From contig NC_087437.1 of assembly GCF_036321535.1 (NCBI RefSeq), positions 88,104,001 to 88,168,000 on the forward strand: a DNA stretch of 64,000 bases, in the 5' to 3' direction. Position 1 is the stretch's first letter, and each line of letters opens with the position of its first letter. A program made the position numbers and the translations under genes. The DNA is from Camelus dromedarius (taxonomy: Eukaryota). The notes under the pieces were generated by a model that was not told the DNA's origin, did no database searches, and worked only from the letters and a program-made list of their open reading frames with translations. Shown piece by piece: positions 12,560 through 25,979 of this stretch.

Positions 12560-12800
12560 TGGTCTTCTGGAGAAAAGCACCTGGGCTCTAGTTAAGGCTG
12601 CAATCTGAATTAGCTGCTGCATTTCCTGGAGCGCCATTTTTACTTGAAAGAGTGACTGGCAGACAAACCATGGTTATCCAGCCGTGGGCATGGGCATCTG
12701 GCAGGTATTTCTTCAAAAGTGGATGAAATGAGCTTGTCACTTCAAGGAAGTCAATTGACAGTATCTGTTGCCAATGAGAACTTCCAAGTTTTCAAGCAAG
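12560..12800 (+). mobile_element. hAT-Charlie transposase remnant
   Basis: The translation (H)LAGIFFKSG/..EMSLSLQGSQLTVSVANENFQVFK resembles the recalled Charlie1 segment YLADIFSKMNEVSLSLQGKQLTVFVANDKIRAFK. Confidence 0.7.
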
Positions 12801-15413
12801 GGAGAGCACCACACACAGAGAGGGTTTGTTTCAGTACTTCTCTTGTTTACCTTTTCTCCACAATTAGCCAATTTGAAGGCCAGAAAACTGCTTTCAATTA
12901 AGTAATGCTTCCCACATGGTGTTCAGTATTTGAGACAATTCACTTGTATAATTTTGTGTGTGTGTGATAAAGGAGCTATTTCCTATGAAATCTGTTTTCA
13001 GTGCCAAGAACTACACTTTTAAAATATAATTTAGCAATTTTATTATCTTACCAGTAAGGGGCAGCAAACAACAATGTTTGTTTGAAATACTAAGCTAATT
13101 TGGAGCTTGTCCTCATATTTCTGTGCTTCATGAATACATCTCTGACCCCTCTCTCTCTTCCTAGGGACACTAAGCTAGAGAGATTGAAGATGAGAGGGAC
13201 ATTCAAAAGGGAAAAGAGTTAATGTTACCATTTAAGATATAATTCTAAGAAAAGGATAGATAAAACCTGCCAGTCCTTGGTGTTGACAAATGGTGACTCT
13301 CATAATTTCCAAGCTGGGTCCAAGGAACTTCCACAAACCAAGTTAAGTATCCACAAAACTTATTCATAGCTCATTAATGAGAAGGAAAGGGTGAGAGTAA
13401 TACTATGCCTTAATTCTGCATTTCTCACAAAAGACTGGTTTCTCATCTAAGCTTTAGTCGTCTAATTAAAAAAAAAAATCATTTCATTTTAATGATTATT
13501 TATTGAGCTTGTACCATGAGCCAGGACCCATTCTAGGTACTCCTAGGTACCACTAGGGGACAAATAATAAACAAAAGGGATACAATCCGTGCCCTTCTGC
13601 TGCTTTCTTTTTAGTTGGGGAAAGTTACCCAAACTAAGAGTGGGGTTAGAGGTAGAAGAGAAAAAGGAGAAACTGACACCGAGTGTGAACAGGGAGTAAG
13701 ATGCCAGTGAAGGACGGAGGGATGGCAAGTCCCAGCACTGGTGAGATTTCTTCAGACCCTTCTTTTGAATTTTCACTTTTTAATTTTTTCTTTTTCAATC
13801 CAAATGCTGGTATGAAAAATGTAACTTTGTTTTTCTAACAACCAGATGAAATCTCTATCTTAAGACCCCATTCTTCCAAAGGATAAAGCTCGATTATTGC
13901 TCTGGGGATTTCTGAGTATTTCATGCTTTATTCAAATTCAGATTCTGCCCGCCACCACCCTCTTTCTTCCTAGGTTTGGGAAAGCACATCTTCTCTTGTT
14001 TCATCTGTTCCAGTGCTATGTCATAATCTTTGAAATGTAACTCATGTTACAAGGTCCTCATGCGTTCTTTCTCCATGCCGGCAACATCAAGATGTGATTG
14101 CAACCAAGATGTGGTCTGCCCTGCCATCCTGTCTTCCTATATTCCTGTGCCCCTAAGGGCCCCTGCAAGACAAATTCTCCTTCCCTGTGCCCTCCCTCCT
14201 TCCCTCTCCCTGTCTCTCCCACTTCTGCCTCTGGGGCCTTTGGGAAAAACTCGTCACCACCACAGGGGCCTGCATCAGCCCCATTTCTGCCTCCACATCC
14301 TCTGCAACCATATCTAAGTGACTTGTACTGTACTTTTCTTAAGCAGAAAATTCTGGGGGAATTCTTAGCTGCTCAGGATCCTAGCGGAAAGTAGGCTCAG
14401 AAACCTTTCACTTTCAGAATCCCCTCAATATATTCTGGAGCTTTTATTATCTGCTCCCATACTCTGAAACTTAATCATTGGAGAGACGGAATGGGACAAG
14501 TATGCTTCTAACTTCCTTCTCAGTTACACTTACATCAAGGCTTCTGAACTTGAAGGCCAATATCACTTATTCCAGAGAATTTCCTTGAACAAGGGAAGGT
14601 CAACTAATGAAAGAAAATGCAGGGGAATAAAAGTATCAAGTAATATTTCACATATTGACCTGTATGTTGAACTTCACTGTGATTTAAGAATCAAAATCAA
14701 GTCAACACAAAACTTCCACCTCAAGCATATTTCTCTTCCTTTTAATGCTAAACTCCTCAAAGGAGGTCCATATTTCTCAATTATCTAACAAGTATTGGTT
14801 TCCAGTGATGTGGCGTCTGTGCAGCAGAAATAAAAATTCTTTATGAGATTTCATGAGCATATTCTTGCTTCAAGTTCAAGAAATGTACATCTATATTGGA
14901 ACATAGGGGATTTTGTTTTTTTTCCAGAATTCCAGTATATCTGCAAGTTTTAAATCAGCCTAAAGAGGGCAGCAAACAGTAGTGCAAATCCCTGTGCTTT
15001 AAACTTAAGGCTCGCTGTAGTAGCAGCCAATTAGGAATAAAGCATGAATGTTAGTTCACATTATTTAAAGTCAACACTGAAAGATTTTATTGACACAAGG
15101 GAGATTTTTGTGGCTTTTTTCGTTTAAGTAAAAATAAGCACTGGGCTGCTTGTTAGTGAAAAAGAAGTAGTCAAATTTATTTTTGGCACTTCTAGATCTT
15201 TCTTCCAGACAACCAGGACCTGCTCACTGCCTCTAGAGTCTGAGAACCCTGGCTCCCCCAGCAGGTCATCACATACATCAGGCGCCCAGAATTACCACCT
15301 CGCCAACAAAAATAATTATCTTGTATTTCATTCCTACTTGTGTTTTCTTCCATAAGTAGTAACAATTTATACAGAATAACTACTTCTGCTTTATGCACAT
15401 TATCCTTAAAGAC

Positions 15414-15481
<68 letters not shown>
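15414..15481. repeat. Interrupted (TA)n microsatellite
   Basis: A visible TA run with TG interruptions. Confidence 0.95.
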
Positions 15482-15904
15482 TATCTGTTAAGTAGGTAGT
15501 CCTGAAAAAAGTGAAGGAGAGACCCACAAAAATACAACCTTAACCTGAGAATTCATCAGTGATAAGAAGGGCCGATAGGCTTACTATCTTAAATGGAATG
15601 GTGAGGTGTTGGATTGACAGCCAAACCAAGAATCCACTCATGGCAGAAGCTCAGAAAATAACTCCGACGCCAGACCTACAGCCCCGGAGCGCTCCTCCCA
15701 GCAGGGCCCCCCCACCCCCCACCCCCCACGGGCTCGGCCTACACCTCTGCCGCCTCCGCCCGCTCCGAGCGGGAAGGCCCCGCTGAGTCAGATGGGAAGT
15801 GATTCAAGGAAAATCTGCACTGTGTTAAATTGCGCAGCGGTACGGGACGATAAATAACGACTGAAGTAAAAATAAATCACATGGCAAATATGAAACTATG
15901 ATAG

Positions 15905-16000
15905 AGTGAAAAAGAAGAAAAAGGAAGGAAGAAAGAAAGGAAGGGAGGGAGGAAAGAAAAATAGAAGGAAGGAAGGAAATAAGGAAGAAAGGAAGAGAGA
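15905..16000 (+). repeat. Purine-rich GAA/GGAA low-complexity tract
   Basis: About 95 nt composed almost entirely of A and G. Confidence 0.85.
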
Positions 16001-16329
16001 CGTGTTTCACAATATGCAAAAGTCTGGAAGTAAGTGTAGCTCAAACTACAGAGGCAGGGGTCCCCAAGTGTTTTATGCTGTGCAATCACATAGTATCAAA
16101 ATGAATGATTCAGTGAAAAAGAGCTAAAAACCAAGATGATTAGAATTTAAAAGTTAAAAGGAGATTTCAGAGCTAAGAAAACAATCTGAGAACTGACCCA
16201 TAATTGTAGATGTAACACATAAACTGTAATACCAGAAACAGCAAGGGAAAAATATATAATAAAAATGGAGCAAAGGCTTGAGATAACTATAATGAATGCA
16301 CAAGAAAAAGCAAATTTAAGGCAACTTTA

Positions 16330-17670
16330 CTTTCATTACTGGTAATATGATGAACTAAGTACCTGAACTGTCCCTAATCGCTGAAAACAACTAAACCTGC
16401 TGAGCAAAACTATTTTTAAAATCTTAAATGCATGCAAACACTACAAAAAAGGTTAATACCACTTAGGCTAAAAAGTAAGCTAAAGGCAGGAACTCCAGGA
16501 GGTACGTAAAGCACTTAGGTTTTTTTGTTTGTTTGTTTTTTGTTTTTTTGTTTTGTTTTGTTTTTTTGCCTTAATGGCGTCTGCTGAGTTTAGACGATCT
16601 CAAGCATTGACTTTTAAGGTTTCAGGGATGGTAGCCAAAGCCCAGATCCCACTAAAGTTAGGGGTTATATTAGGAGACCCCTTTTAAATAAAACTATACC
16701 CAGAGTGTTATACTTCCAGTTTAACAATGAACTAGAAATATGCCCTGACACCACTCTGGAACTGGGGTGGGGGCGTGGGGAGGGGAAAGAAAATTGCCCA
16801 TCTTGAAACATGAATTTAGAAACTGGATTCTGATTAGACGTGGAAAAGGATTTTTCCTGAAAATTCATAACCACAATCTGGCTTCTGTTTAAGTTTGTAT
16901 CCTGAATACACATCACATGGTATTACCCCCCACCACACACACACACATACACACACCACACCTCCTCAAGTCAACAGGTAATTTCCCTTAAATTGATAAC
17001 AGCACAGATAACGTCCACTAACGCTCACAGAAACAAAGGCTAATTCTCCCGTGGAAGAATCCACCTTCATCCCAAGCCTCAAAGAATTTCCATAGACAAA
17101 GTTCAAATAAAAATGAGAGCTCGAAGTTAAAAAAAAAAAGTAGAATTCAATGAACACACAGGGAAACAAGTTTCCATGAATAAAAGCAAGCATAAATAAC
17201 ATTGTGGCTCAAACGTCTTCAGATACAGGAATTGTCGTACAGAAGAAATAAAAAATTTGCTGAAAATGTTTCAAAATGTAAAAAGGCATAACAATCATAA
17301 GAACAAATAGTTGTTAAAAAAACCCCAACACTTCTAGAATTGAAAAATTAACAGAAATTTAAAACTCAATGGATTTTTGACACCAAATTGTTTATAACTT
17401 AAATCCAGAGATACAAGAAGTAGAAAATATGAAAGAGACACGAAGGACAGAAGAAGATGGTCTAACACGTACCTAATTGTAATTCCAGAAGGAGAGAGAC
17501 AGCGTGTGCGAGGGAGCGAGCATGGTGTAGGCGCTATGTTTGAAGATGCTGATTGAGACTTTTCACAACTGCTGAAAGAAAAAGAGCATGAGAGGCAGGA
17601 ACTCCAGTGAACGCCAAGGAGGATGACAAATCCAAATTTAAGAGCCACCATACTTAAACTGCAGCTCACT
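16330..17670 (+). mobile_element. Old L1 5'UTR/ORF1 remnant
   Basis: aaaactcaatgga...ggtctaacacgtacctaattgtaattccagaaggagagag...ttttcacaactgctgaaaga is typical of degenerate L1 ORF1. Confidence 0.65.
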
Positions 17671-18306
17671 TAAAGAAAAAAGAAAGAAAGAAAACAGAAA
17701 AGAAAGGGGGGGGGGTGGGATTCTTAAAAGTTCTATGGCAGTTTTTCCAGAAGAGGAAATTTATCCAAATCTCATTCCCTGCGTTATCTCTAAAAAACAC
17801 TTTGTCTTATTCTTTCCACAAACACTTGGAAAAGTATATAGAAAAACTCACGCTGTAACTCCTATTCCTGAATAAGGCATTCTTTCACCTTTTTTTTTGG
17901 GGGGGGGGGGTCAATTGGAAAATTCTATTCTCTTTTAAGACCAGTGTCAAGACGTGATCTGAGCACCTGTATCTTCAAACAGGCAAACGAGGTATTCCAG
18001 TTGTGTCGGTATCACAAAGTTAAACTTAGCTGAGTTAGGCTGACAAAAGTACAAAACAGTTTGCTCTAAAGACCCAACAAGGAGATCCACCGAGTGGCAA
18101 AATCATTACCAGTAAGCTGAGTAGTTGAAGAAAACTGCCGGTCTTTCTGGTCTTTATACAGTCAAATTAGTTCTGCCAGAACCCAGCGGCGGGCGCAGAG
18201 CGCAGAGGTCAGGGTACTCAAGGGCACTCTCGGGGCTCCTGTGACTGCGCAAGCTCCAGACTCCAAGCCCGCGATCTTCTCTGAAGGAGGCCAACCCCTA
18301 AAGCGA

Positions 18307-18320
18307 ACGCTAGGGGGCAG
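18307..18320 (+). promoter_or_regulatory. Candidate CTCF site within a CpG-rich patch
   Basis: acgctagggggcag matches 13 of 14 positions of CC(A/G)SYAGRKGGCRS. Confidence 0.45.
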
Positions 18321-21300
18321 GTGTGGCTGTGGGCGCCTCTTTGCACAGGTGGCTCCAGGTGCCATTTAACACCGCAGCAAGCAAGCTGTAGAAACTTTTG
18401 AAAGCTCCGCTATCTAAAACGCAGCTGTGTATACTAAATTGATCTATAAGCAACAGACCGAGGGAAAGGAGAGAGGGGAGGAGGAGGAGAAACAAAGAAC
18501 CAAATAAAACCAACCAAACTTACATCTCTCAAGGAAGTATGATTACCTATTCACAAACATTTGGGAATAGATGCAAATGTTTGTTTCTATTTCTCAGTTG
18601 TTTCCTTCTAACGTAGTTCCCTTAGTAACTAATGAATATGTATCTTTCTCTATGGAATATGTGCAAATATGTTTTTATTTAACTGGCACTATAACCTTTT
18701 CTTCTTGTCCACTTTAAGGGCCAACATTCTTTTCAATTCGTCTCTATCCAGATTTATTTTGAGAGGGAAAAGTTGAAAGAAGTGGTTTCTCAAGATCTAA
18801 CACGTAATTCAGCAGGATTACACTCAAAACTGTTCTTAAAAGACTGGAACTCAAAACATAATGCAGGGATGAAGAAAATCCCACCCTTCTTTTCCATTTG
18901 CACTTGAACGTTACTTAGTAACAGTATTTCAGTAACTACCTTTTACTGTTTTTTTTTTTAATTCAGAAAAATAAAAGGAATTGTTCTTGTTCTACATAAA
19001 GTTTAAATTCTTTGTAAATTCTTTGAGTGAACTGAAGAACCAGAAGAGAAGTTACTGTAGGTTATATTGTCACATAGGGAGACTTGGGCGTCCACAAACA
19101 CTATGGAAAGACACTTGGACACTTAAAATTCATGTCTGCTTCATATTTTTATTCTTCCTTTGTTGTTTTTAAATAGAATGCTATCGAATAGTTTGAAATG
19201 ATCAAGTGAAAGCCAACATTCATTATTTGAAGAATATGGTTTATTTCACATTTTATTGTGTTTTGGGGCTAACCAACATCAAATTCCAGCATACATTTAT
19301 TTTTATTACCCTTTTAATAGCAACAAACTGAGTAGACTTTCATATTTCATGGAGTATTAAAATTCATGTTTGAATATTTTCTATAGTATGGACAATTGCT
19401 ATTAAAATTGTTTAAAGAAACTTGTGGTTTTTCATGTCTTTTTTTTTTAACTAAAGATAATAACCACTATATATTATTTTCCATCAATGGGAAGATGTTC
19501 AGAAAGCAAATACATTTAAAGTTTTGGCTCAGGTTTAATAGTGTACATATAAAACTCTAGCTCATTGATTACTCAATGGAAAATACAATATAAGAAGTCA
19601 GTTATCCAACTTGAGCTTCCAAACGTTTTGCTTATGACATATAAGAACAGGGGAAAGAACAGAATATTCCTAAAGCATGCATGCGTTTATAATAGGAGTC
19701 ATTTTTGTATCAGTATGGCAAGAGGAATAGCTAATATTTAAATATTTGGATTAATAGGAAAATATAACAGAAAAGAAAATCAAGCTTAAAAGAAAAAGTC
19801 ATTGCTGGGTTCAGATTTTATACTTTGAAACATCCACAAAAATGAAAACATAATAGATAAAAATATAAACTTGCAATTCACCGTCTATCCCCTCTTTTAG
19901 GAGTACGTAACTAGAACCCAAGTTTGTGGGTGAAGAGACAATCATGACAGGACCCTTGGAGAACGAGGGAGATTGAGTCGAGTTAGCACACTGTGTTCCC
20001 CAATGTTGGAGAGACTCTCAGTTGCTTGCTGCAGGGTTGGGCAGTTTCAAAGAGTTTCTATGTTAGGTCAGCCTAAGAGTGCTTGTACCATAATCCTATA
20101 GGATGCTGAGGTGAGTATGGGTCCCTATGGAGGGGCTGCAGGCTGGCTCTGCGCAGGGCCCAAGTGACTCCCAGAAGGACTCGGGTCCCCTTTCTGTCCT
20201 CAGGGCTGTGCCTCTGGGAGCCAACGGGCCTGGGGCTCTGGGTCAGGAGTGCACGTTCCCCCTTATTTATTCCCCCGCCCACCCTGGGCTGAGCTCCACT
20301 GGTGGAGGTCTCGGGAGCAGCCCCCCCGCCCCGTCCCAGCTCCTTCATCCACCTTCCAGTCTGCCTCTCAGCAGCATGCTGGCCCCTCAGGGCGCTGGGA
20401 CATAGAGGGGACAACACTCGTGTTTTCGGGGAACAAAGGAGTCCTGCTCTGCTCGGGCAGCGGTCCAGCGGGGGCCTCGGACCACACCCACTGGCCTGGC
20501 CGGGAGCAGGATGCAGTGACCAGGGGGCCTGGGGGTCGGCCCTGCCCACCCTGCCCTCAGCGAGCGAAAGAGGACACATTTTTAATTAAAAAACCTGTAC
20601 ATATGAAAAAAAAAATTATTACCTTTTATTAAGATGCTCGAGCTAAGTGAAACTATTAAGAAAAGTTTCTCCAGCTTTTAAAATATACAGAGCGATTTCC
20701 AGAATTCCCCGGGAAGTAAGAACTGTTCCTTTTGAGCTGAAGAACATATTGCATTTTCTACTTCAATGCAGAGATATATCTTACTTTAACAAGCTATCCT
20801 TTTTTCACCCACACACAAACTAGGTCCAGGGAGGAAATGTGAAGAAGGGTGATTTCATGGAAGCCAATAGCTGAGTTTTAATATGACCAAGTGTATTTAT
20901 TTATATCTGATTTTAGAATAAGAGTTAAAGTGTTATCTTTAGAAATAGACAATTTAAAGCATTTTTATATCATACTTATATGGTTTATGATGTAAAATTA
21001 CCAAATAGCAAAGTTATTATAATACATAGATATTTCCAAAAAATTACTGTTCTGTGAATTTCATGTATTTCATTGTCAGTAAGATATTCTCTAATCACTG
21101 AAAAATAAGAACTACTTTTCTGTTTCTAGCCAAACACACATTACTTCTCAATTTCCCTTTTGACAAGAATCCACTTGTATGTTTTTTATTGAATTTTAAG
21201 AATAAAGATAAATCAACTGTAACAATTTTTAGGTACTAAGACACAGTGAAATGGACCAGGCTCACTTAGAGAAGGAGATCAGTATTCAAAAATCTTTGAG

Positions 21301-24300
21301 ATAGGTATGGAAGGAATACAGAGAAATAAACAACCCCCTTAAGTAACTTACTGTTTTAAGTTGGTATAAAAACCAAATGCTCATGAAGAAATTAGTGCTA
21401 TTCAAAACAAATAAGGAATTATCGAAGACAATGTTGTGTCTTCACAATATTGAAACTGAATACAAATTTAATTTCAAGGAGGAAGTGGAATTTAATCTGT
21501 GCTTTGAAGGCTAAGTTGCTTAAACATCAAGGAGGTGGAGGGCACTTCAGGTGGGAGGAGAAACAATGCTAAAAGAGCAACTGAGACAAAAACAAGCAAG
21601 GCACATTGTGAGGACAGTGAGGACAGGGAGGGGACTGGGGAAGACAGCATTTGTTGGGGCTAGAGAGGATAGTGGGAAACAAGATCTTCTAGAGTGGTCT
21701 ATTTTATTATCATTATCAAGGCCCCAAAAGCCAAGCCAGGGAGTCAGGAAATGTAATAAGCAACAGAAAGCTATTACTGAGTAGTTTCTTTAAATTCAAA
21801 TATTTTTACATAAATTAGTAGTGCTTTTTCTTACACTCAAGAGAGCCTAGAATTAGGCCTCCAGTCTTGTTTTCATCAACTGAGAATTCTCATTTCTAAC
21901 AAAAGTTTCCCCTTTAGTATTTAAAGGATGAAACTAAAACCCAAATCCTAAAACATACGGAAAATCACCTCTGTTATCAATAGGAGAAAGGAATGCTGGA
22001 ATAATTGCAGTTTTGATTTTCATGGGGTAGAAGTCTTGTATTGCATCCTGCAAGAAAGCTAAAGAAGTTTTGACAATGCCAGGCTTTTAGTAACAGGGAT
22101 ACAGCTAGGAAGGGGCCGGTGAAGGCCCAGCCGGCGGCATTTCTGTCATTGCGATGGGGTTGTGCGGAGTTATTACTCTGCTAAGGACAGAGCTTCACAG
22201 GAGAGCCAGCAGCACGAGGCCATCAATTCCTCTCTTCTCTCCAGACTCAGAAGAAGACAGTGCGCACTCCAGAACACCAGGTTTCACGGCAAGTGTGCTC
22301 TGACTCATTCCAGACCTGCCGCAGAGAATAGTAACGATGCTAATTGACATGTTGTAGTCCTTTGGTGTTTTTCAAGGGTGTTTGCTTTATGTCACCATAT
22401 TTCTCAGTCTTTCAACTCAAATCTGAGGCAAGCAGGACAGATGGAACTTGCTCAGCATGAAGTCCATAATTAGCAGAATCAGCACTCCCTTTTAGCCTTT
22501 TCTGATTTCAAATCTAGAGAGTTCTTGACGCCTCTAAATTGCTGTTTCGTATGTGATGAAAAGCTTTTATTCTTTATCCTAGCAACATTTAAATAATATA
22601 CCTGTTGAGAACAGATTTTAATCTTTTTTTTTTAACTGAGTGCTTTAAAGTCCACTCAGCAATGTTGATATGATTTTTTACTTCTGTTTTGCATTAGGCA
22701 CTGTTCACAGAGTGACAAAGTAGTTTTCTGGATACGGACTGGAACTCAGTAAGGGCAATGGTGGTGAAATTTCATTTTCAGTTACTATAACTATATCCTA
22801 CAAAAAACTGAACTAGCTAGCTGGGAGGTTTCAAGCAATGGTCTCTAGAAAAGCTCCAAGCTCCACCTTTGTTAGAATAACTGGAAAACCCTGATGAAAA
22901 CTCAGATTCTGGGGCTCCATGGGGGACTCACAGACTTAAGTCTTTAGAATCTGCCTTAATGAGCAGCCTCTCAGGGCATACTTCTGCACACTGGTTTTGA
23001 AAATTTTGAATTTGAATTATTCCTCTTCTTGCTGAAACCCTCCCTCTCTTCTTTCTTCATCTTCAAGTTCAACAGTGTTCTAGGCTAAGATCATTTCTTT
23101 GTTGTAGTTCAGTCTTTCTTAACATCTACAAAATCACACACACACCCACACACACTCTATTAGGGTCACAGATCCACTTAAACCCAAGCCAGGCCAACTA
23201 ACACAATGGGGAAATTGTCCTTGTTGGTGTGTGTATGGGAGATGGGGGGTGAGTAAAATTTTATTTTCATAATAGAGTTGGGGTGGGGGAACCCTAAGGC
23301 AGCAAACCCAGCAATATAATGCAATTATGTAGTATTTAATGCAATATATGAAATAAAATGATACAATAAGTATAATTCTTAGGAATGAATATTAATTACA
23401 TATACTTTAGGAATATTAATATGATGTAATGAAGAGGTTATTGAAGAACATAGGAAGAAAGACATAGCAAGCTTTGCTGTGTCTACATAAACCAGTAGGT
23501 TCATTTTACTGTTCTTGCAAGGGTGGAAACTCTCCATGGTAGAAATTGGAACTGTGACTAGACACAAAGTCTACTGAAGGGCTAGTTTGAAAAGATTTAT
23601 TGTTGATAAAAATAATACACATTTTATTCCCTCAAGATTTTTATGATTTCCGGCCTAATCAGGGAGTGCAAATTTTTTGAAATATTTTTTACCCTTCTTA
23701 GGTAGATTTCAAGCACTATCACGTTTTGTGCAGAGAAGATATGCTTTATCAATAACCAGACATTTATTATAATGTTGGAAAATATTTCTCTCAACAGGTT
23801 CCTCATTTAAATAATGAGAGAAAGCATACTGATTCACAAGGCCATGAAAAATGATCACAATGCCATAAGAAAATATTACTTTATTCATGACAGAAGTATT
23901 AGCTCGCCTATGGGAACATTTTCTGGCAAAATAAAGGTCTGAATATAATCATTTTCTTTATTAGGAGGATGTTAGAAACACATTTTCCAAAACAAATTAA
24001 TTTAATGTGGACACATTTTGAATTGAGCAGGGTTATTTTTGAAGGACTTTAGAATAGATTAAGGAAAAATCCTTCAAGTTTCCTTTCTACTGCAATACAG
24101 TAAACCTGATTTCCTAACTATAAGTCAAAAAAAATCTTGTATAAATTCATGAGGAAGCTGCTCACTCCTTGAGGTAGAGGAAATCATGGCAGCAGGAAGC
24201 AAATAATCACTCCCATTCTCACAAGTTTGGTGGAGCAAGTCAGTGCATTTCCTTGTAACTGGCTTCTAATTAGTTCTTCATTTCTTTTTGACACAAAACT

Positions 24301-25979
24301 CTTGATACAGAGTTTTGTACAGGGCAAGTTTAAGATTGAGCCTGAGAATATGAGGATTGTGCTCTGCTAAGGAATTATAAAATCTGGAAATGATTGAAGA
24401 ATTTGGAAGTGGGTCTAAAAGAAGCTTTCGTTCACCTGCAGGCAGGGAACTTGTGTACCCTAGAGCACGGGGTGGGGGTGGGGGTGGAGGTGAGGTTGGA
24501 GGTGAATCAAGTTCACCAGAAGAGGGAAAGGAAGACAGGTTTTGGAGATTTGAAATGGAAATTGGTCCTACTTAAGGACTGACCTATCAACTGCCAGTGC
24601 CTAGATAAACTGTTTATGCTATGGACTTGACCCTGGGGTCTATTGTGAAACAAAACAAACAGTCAAGGTGGGCAATCCTTATTCTCATTCCAGATCTATA
24701 ATAAAGACCATCTTTAATAAACAGAAGTAGCTTTTCAAATATGGTTTGTACATAGCTATGCCAAATGATAAGAGTATTGGACTGAATTGAGTATTCAGCA
24801 GTTTTGACTTCCTTTCTTTGGTGTTTTGTCCTTGCCCTTTACACATCCTTCATTTGAAAACATTTAGAAGAAGAGAGCAAAAATAAACCCTCCACTTACT
24901 TCTCTGGTATGGGCATATTTAAAACTGTAGCAGGAAGTTAACCTTCATTATCCAATATAATAACCACTTTCTATGATATTTATATTATTTTCTTCTACCT
25001 TATCAGTTAAATATATGCATTATTATATTGTTATATTTGTTACAGAAGTGAAATTATATTTTCTTCTGTGGAAATCTGCAGCTTTTAGTAACTTGGAAAA
25101 TTTTCACTGAGAGAAAAAATATATTCAGGGAAGCATATCATGTTATACGCAATTGGTTCTTCATAAATTTCTTAAAAAGTGCAAATTGCAGATTATTAGT
25201 CCCTACACCTACCATTTAAAGATATTAAAGAGAAATCACTCATACTAGTTTACAAGAAATGGCATGATCTGTATCTTCAGCATGTGGGGAAAACACGTAG
25301 GTGAAGTGATACTATAATGTGTTGTGACTCCCATGGATTAAAAAACTGCTTCATATACACAAATGATAAACTCGGTTCTCCTCAGAGCTCTAAAGGAGCA
25401 TTTGCCTTCCCTGTCACTCACAGTATTATCTTCCCAGATCTGAGCTTCAGCCCATCTCAGAGCAGAGGGTAGTATGTGTATTTGGATGAGCCTCACCCTG
25501 CTTGAGACTTGTTCCTTTGGGTTGATGGGCAGTGACTGTTAGACTTCTCCAGTATAAACATACACATTTTTGAGGTGGGTGTAAATAAATTCATTTAACA
25601 GGTTGTTTTAACTTTAGCAAGGCCTTTGAATGAATCAATCATAGAATCAAATTTTGGTGAGAAGAGGGAAGGGAAATAAGCAGCAAATGATAGGGTCTCA
25701 AGCAGGCTTTGGACTGTCAACATAGCACAGGAGCCCTGGGAAATAGAGAGAAGAGGCGGCAGGAGCCGTAGATAAATTTCATCTACTTGTTAGTTTCACC
25801 TGGGCCAGACTGCCAGGTAGTGCCTCTGAGCTCTGTAGTGTCTCTATGTGCTTAGCGTACCCTATATGGAAATCATTTCACCAGTAGAACCCTTGTCTTG
25901 AGTTCCTCTTTTCAGTTGAGAACAAGCTATATCAGTGACTCACGTCTTTCTGTCTTTCTGCCTGCACATTAACATGTTG

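Noticed and set aside
15192..15527. 111-aa ORF with IYIY repeats
   Set aside because: It is a translation of the (TA)n microsatellite.
20073..20632. Four overlapping ORFs on both strands
   Set aside because: They are explained by stop-codon scarcity in GC-rich DNA and show no protein signature.
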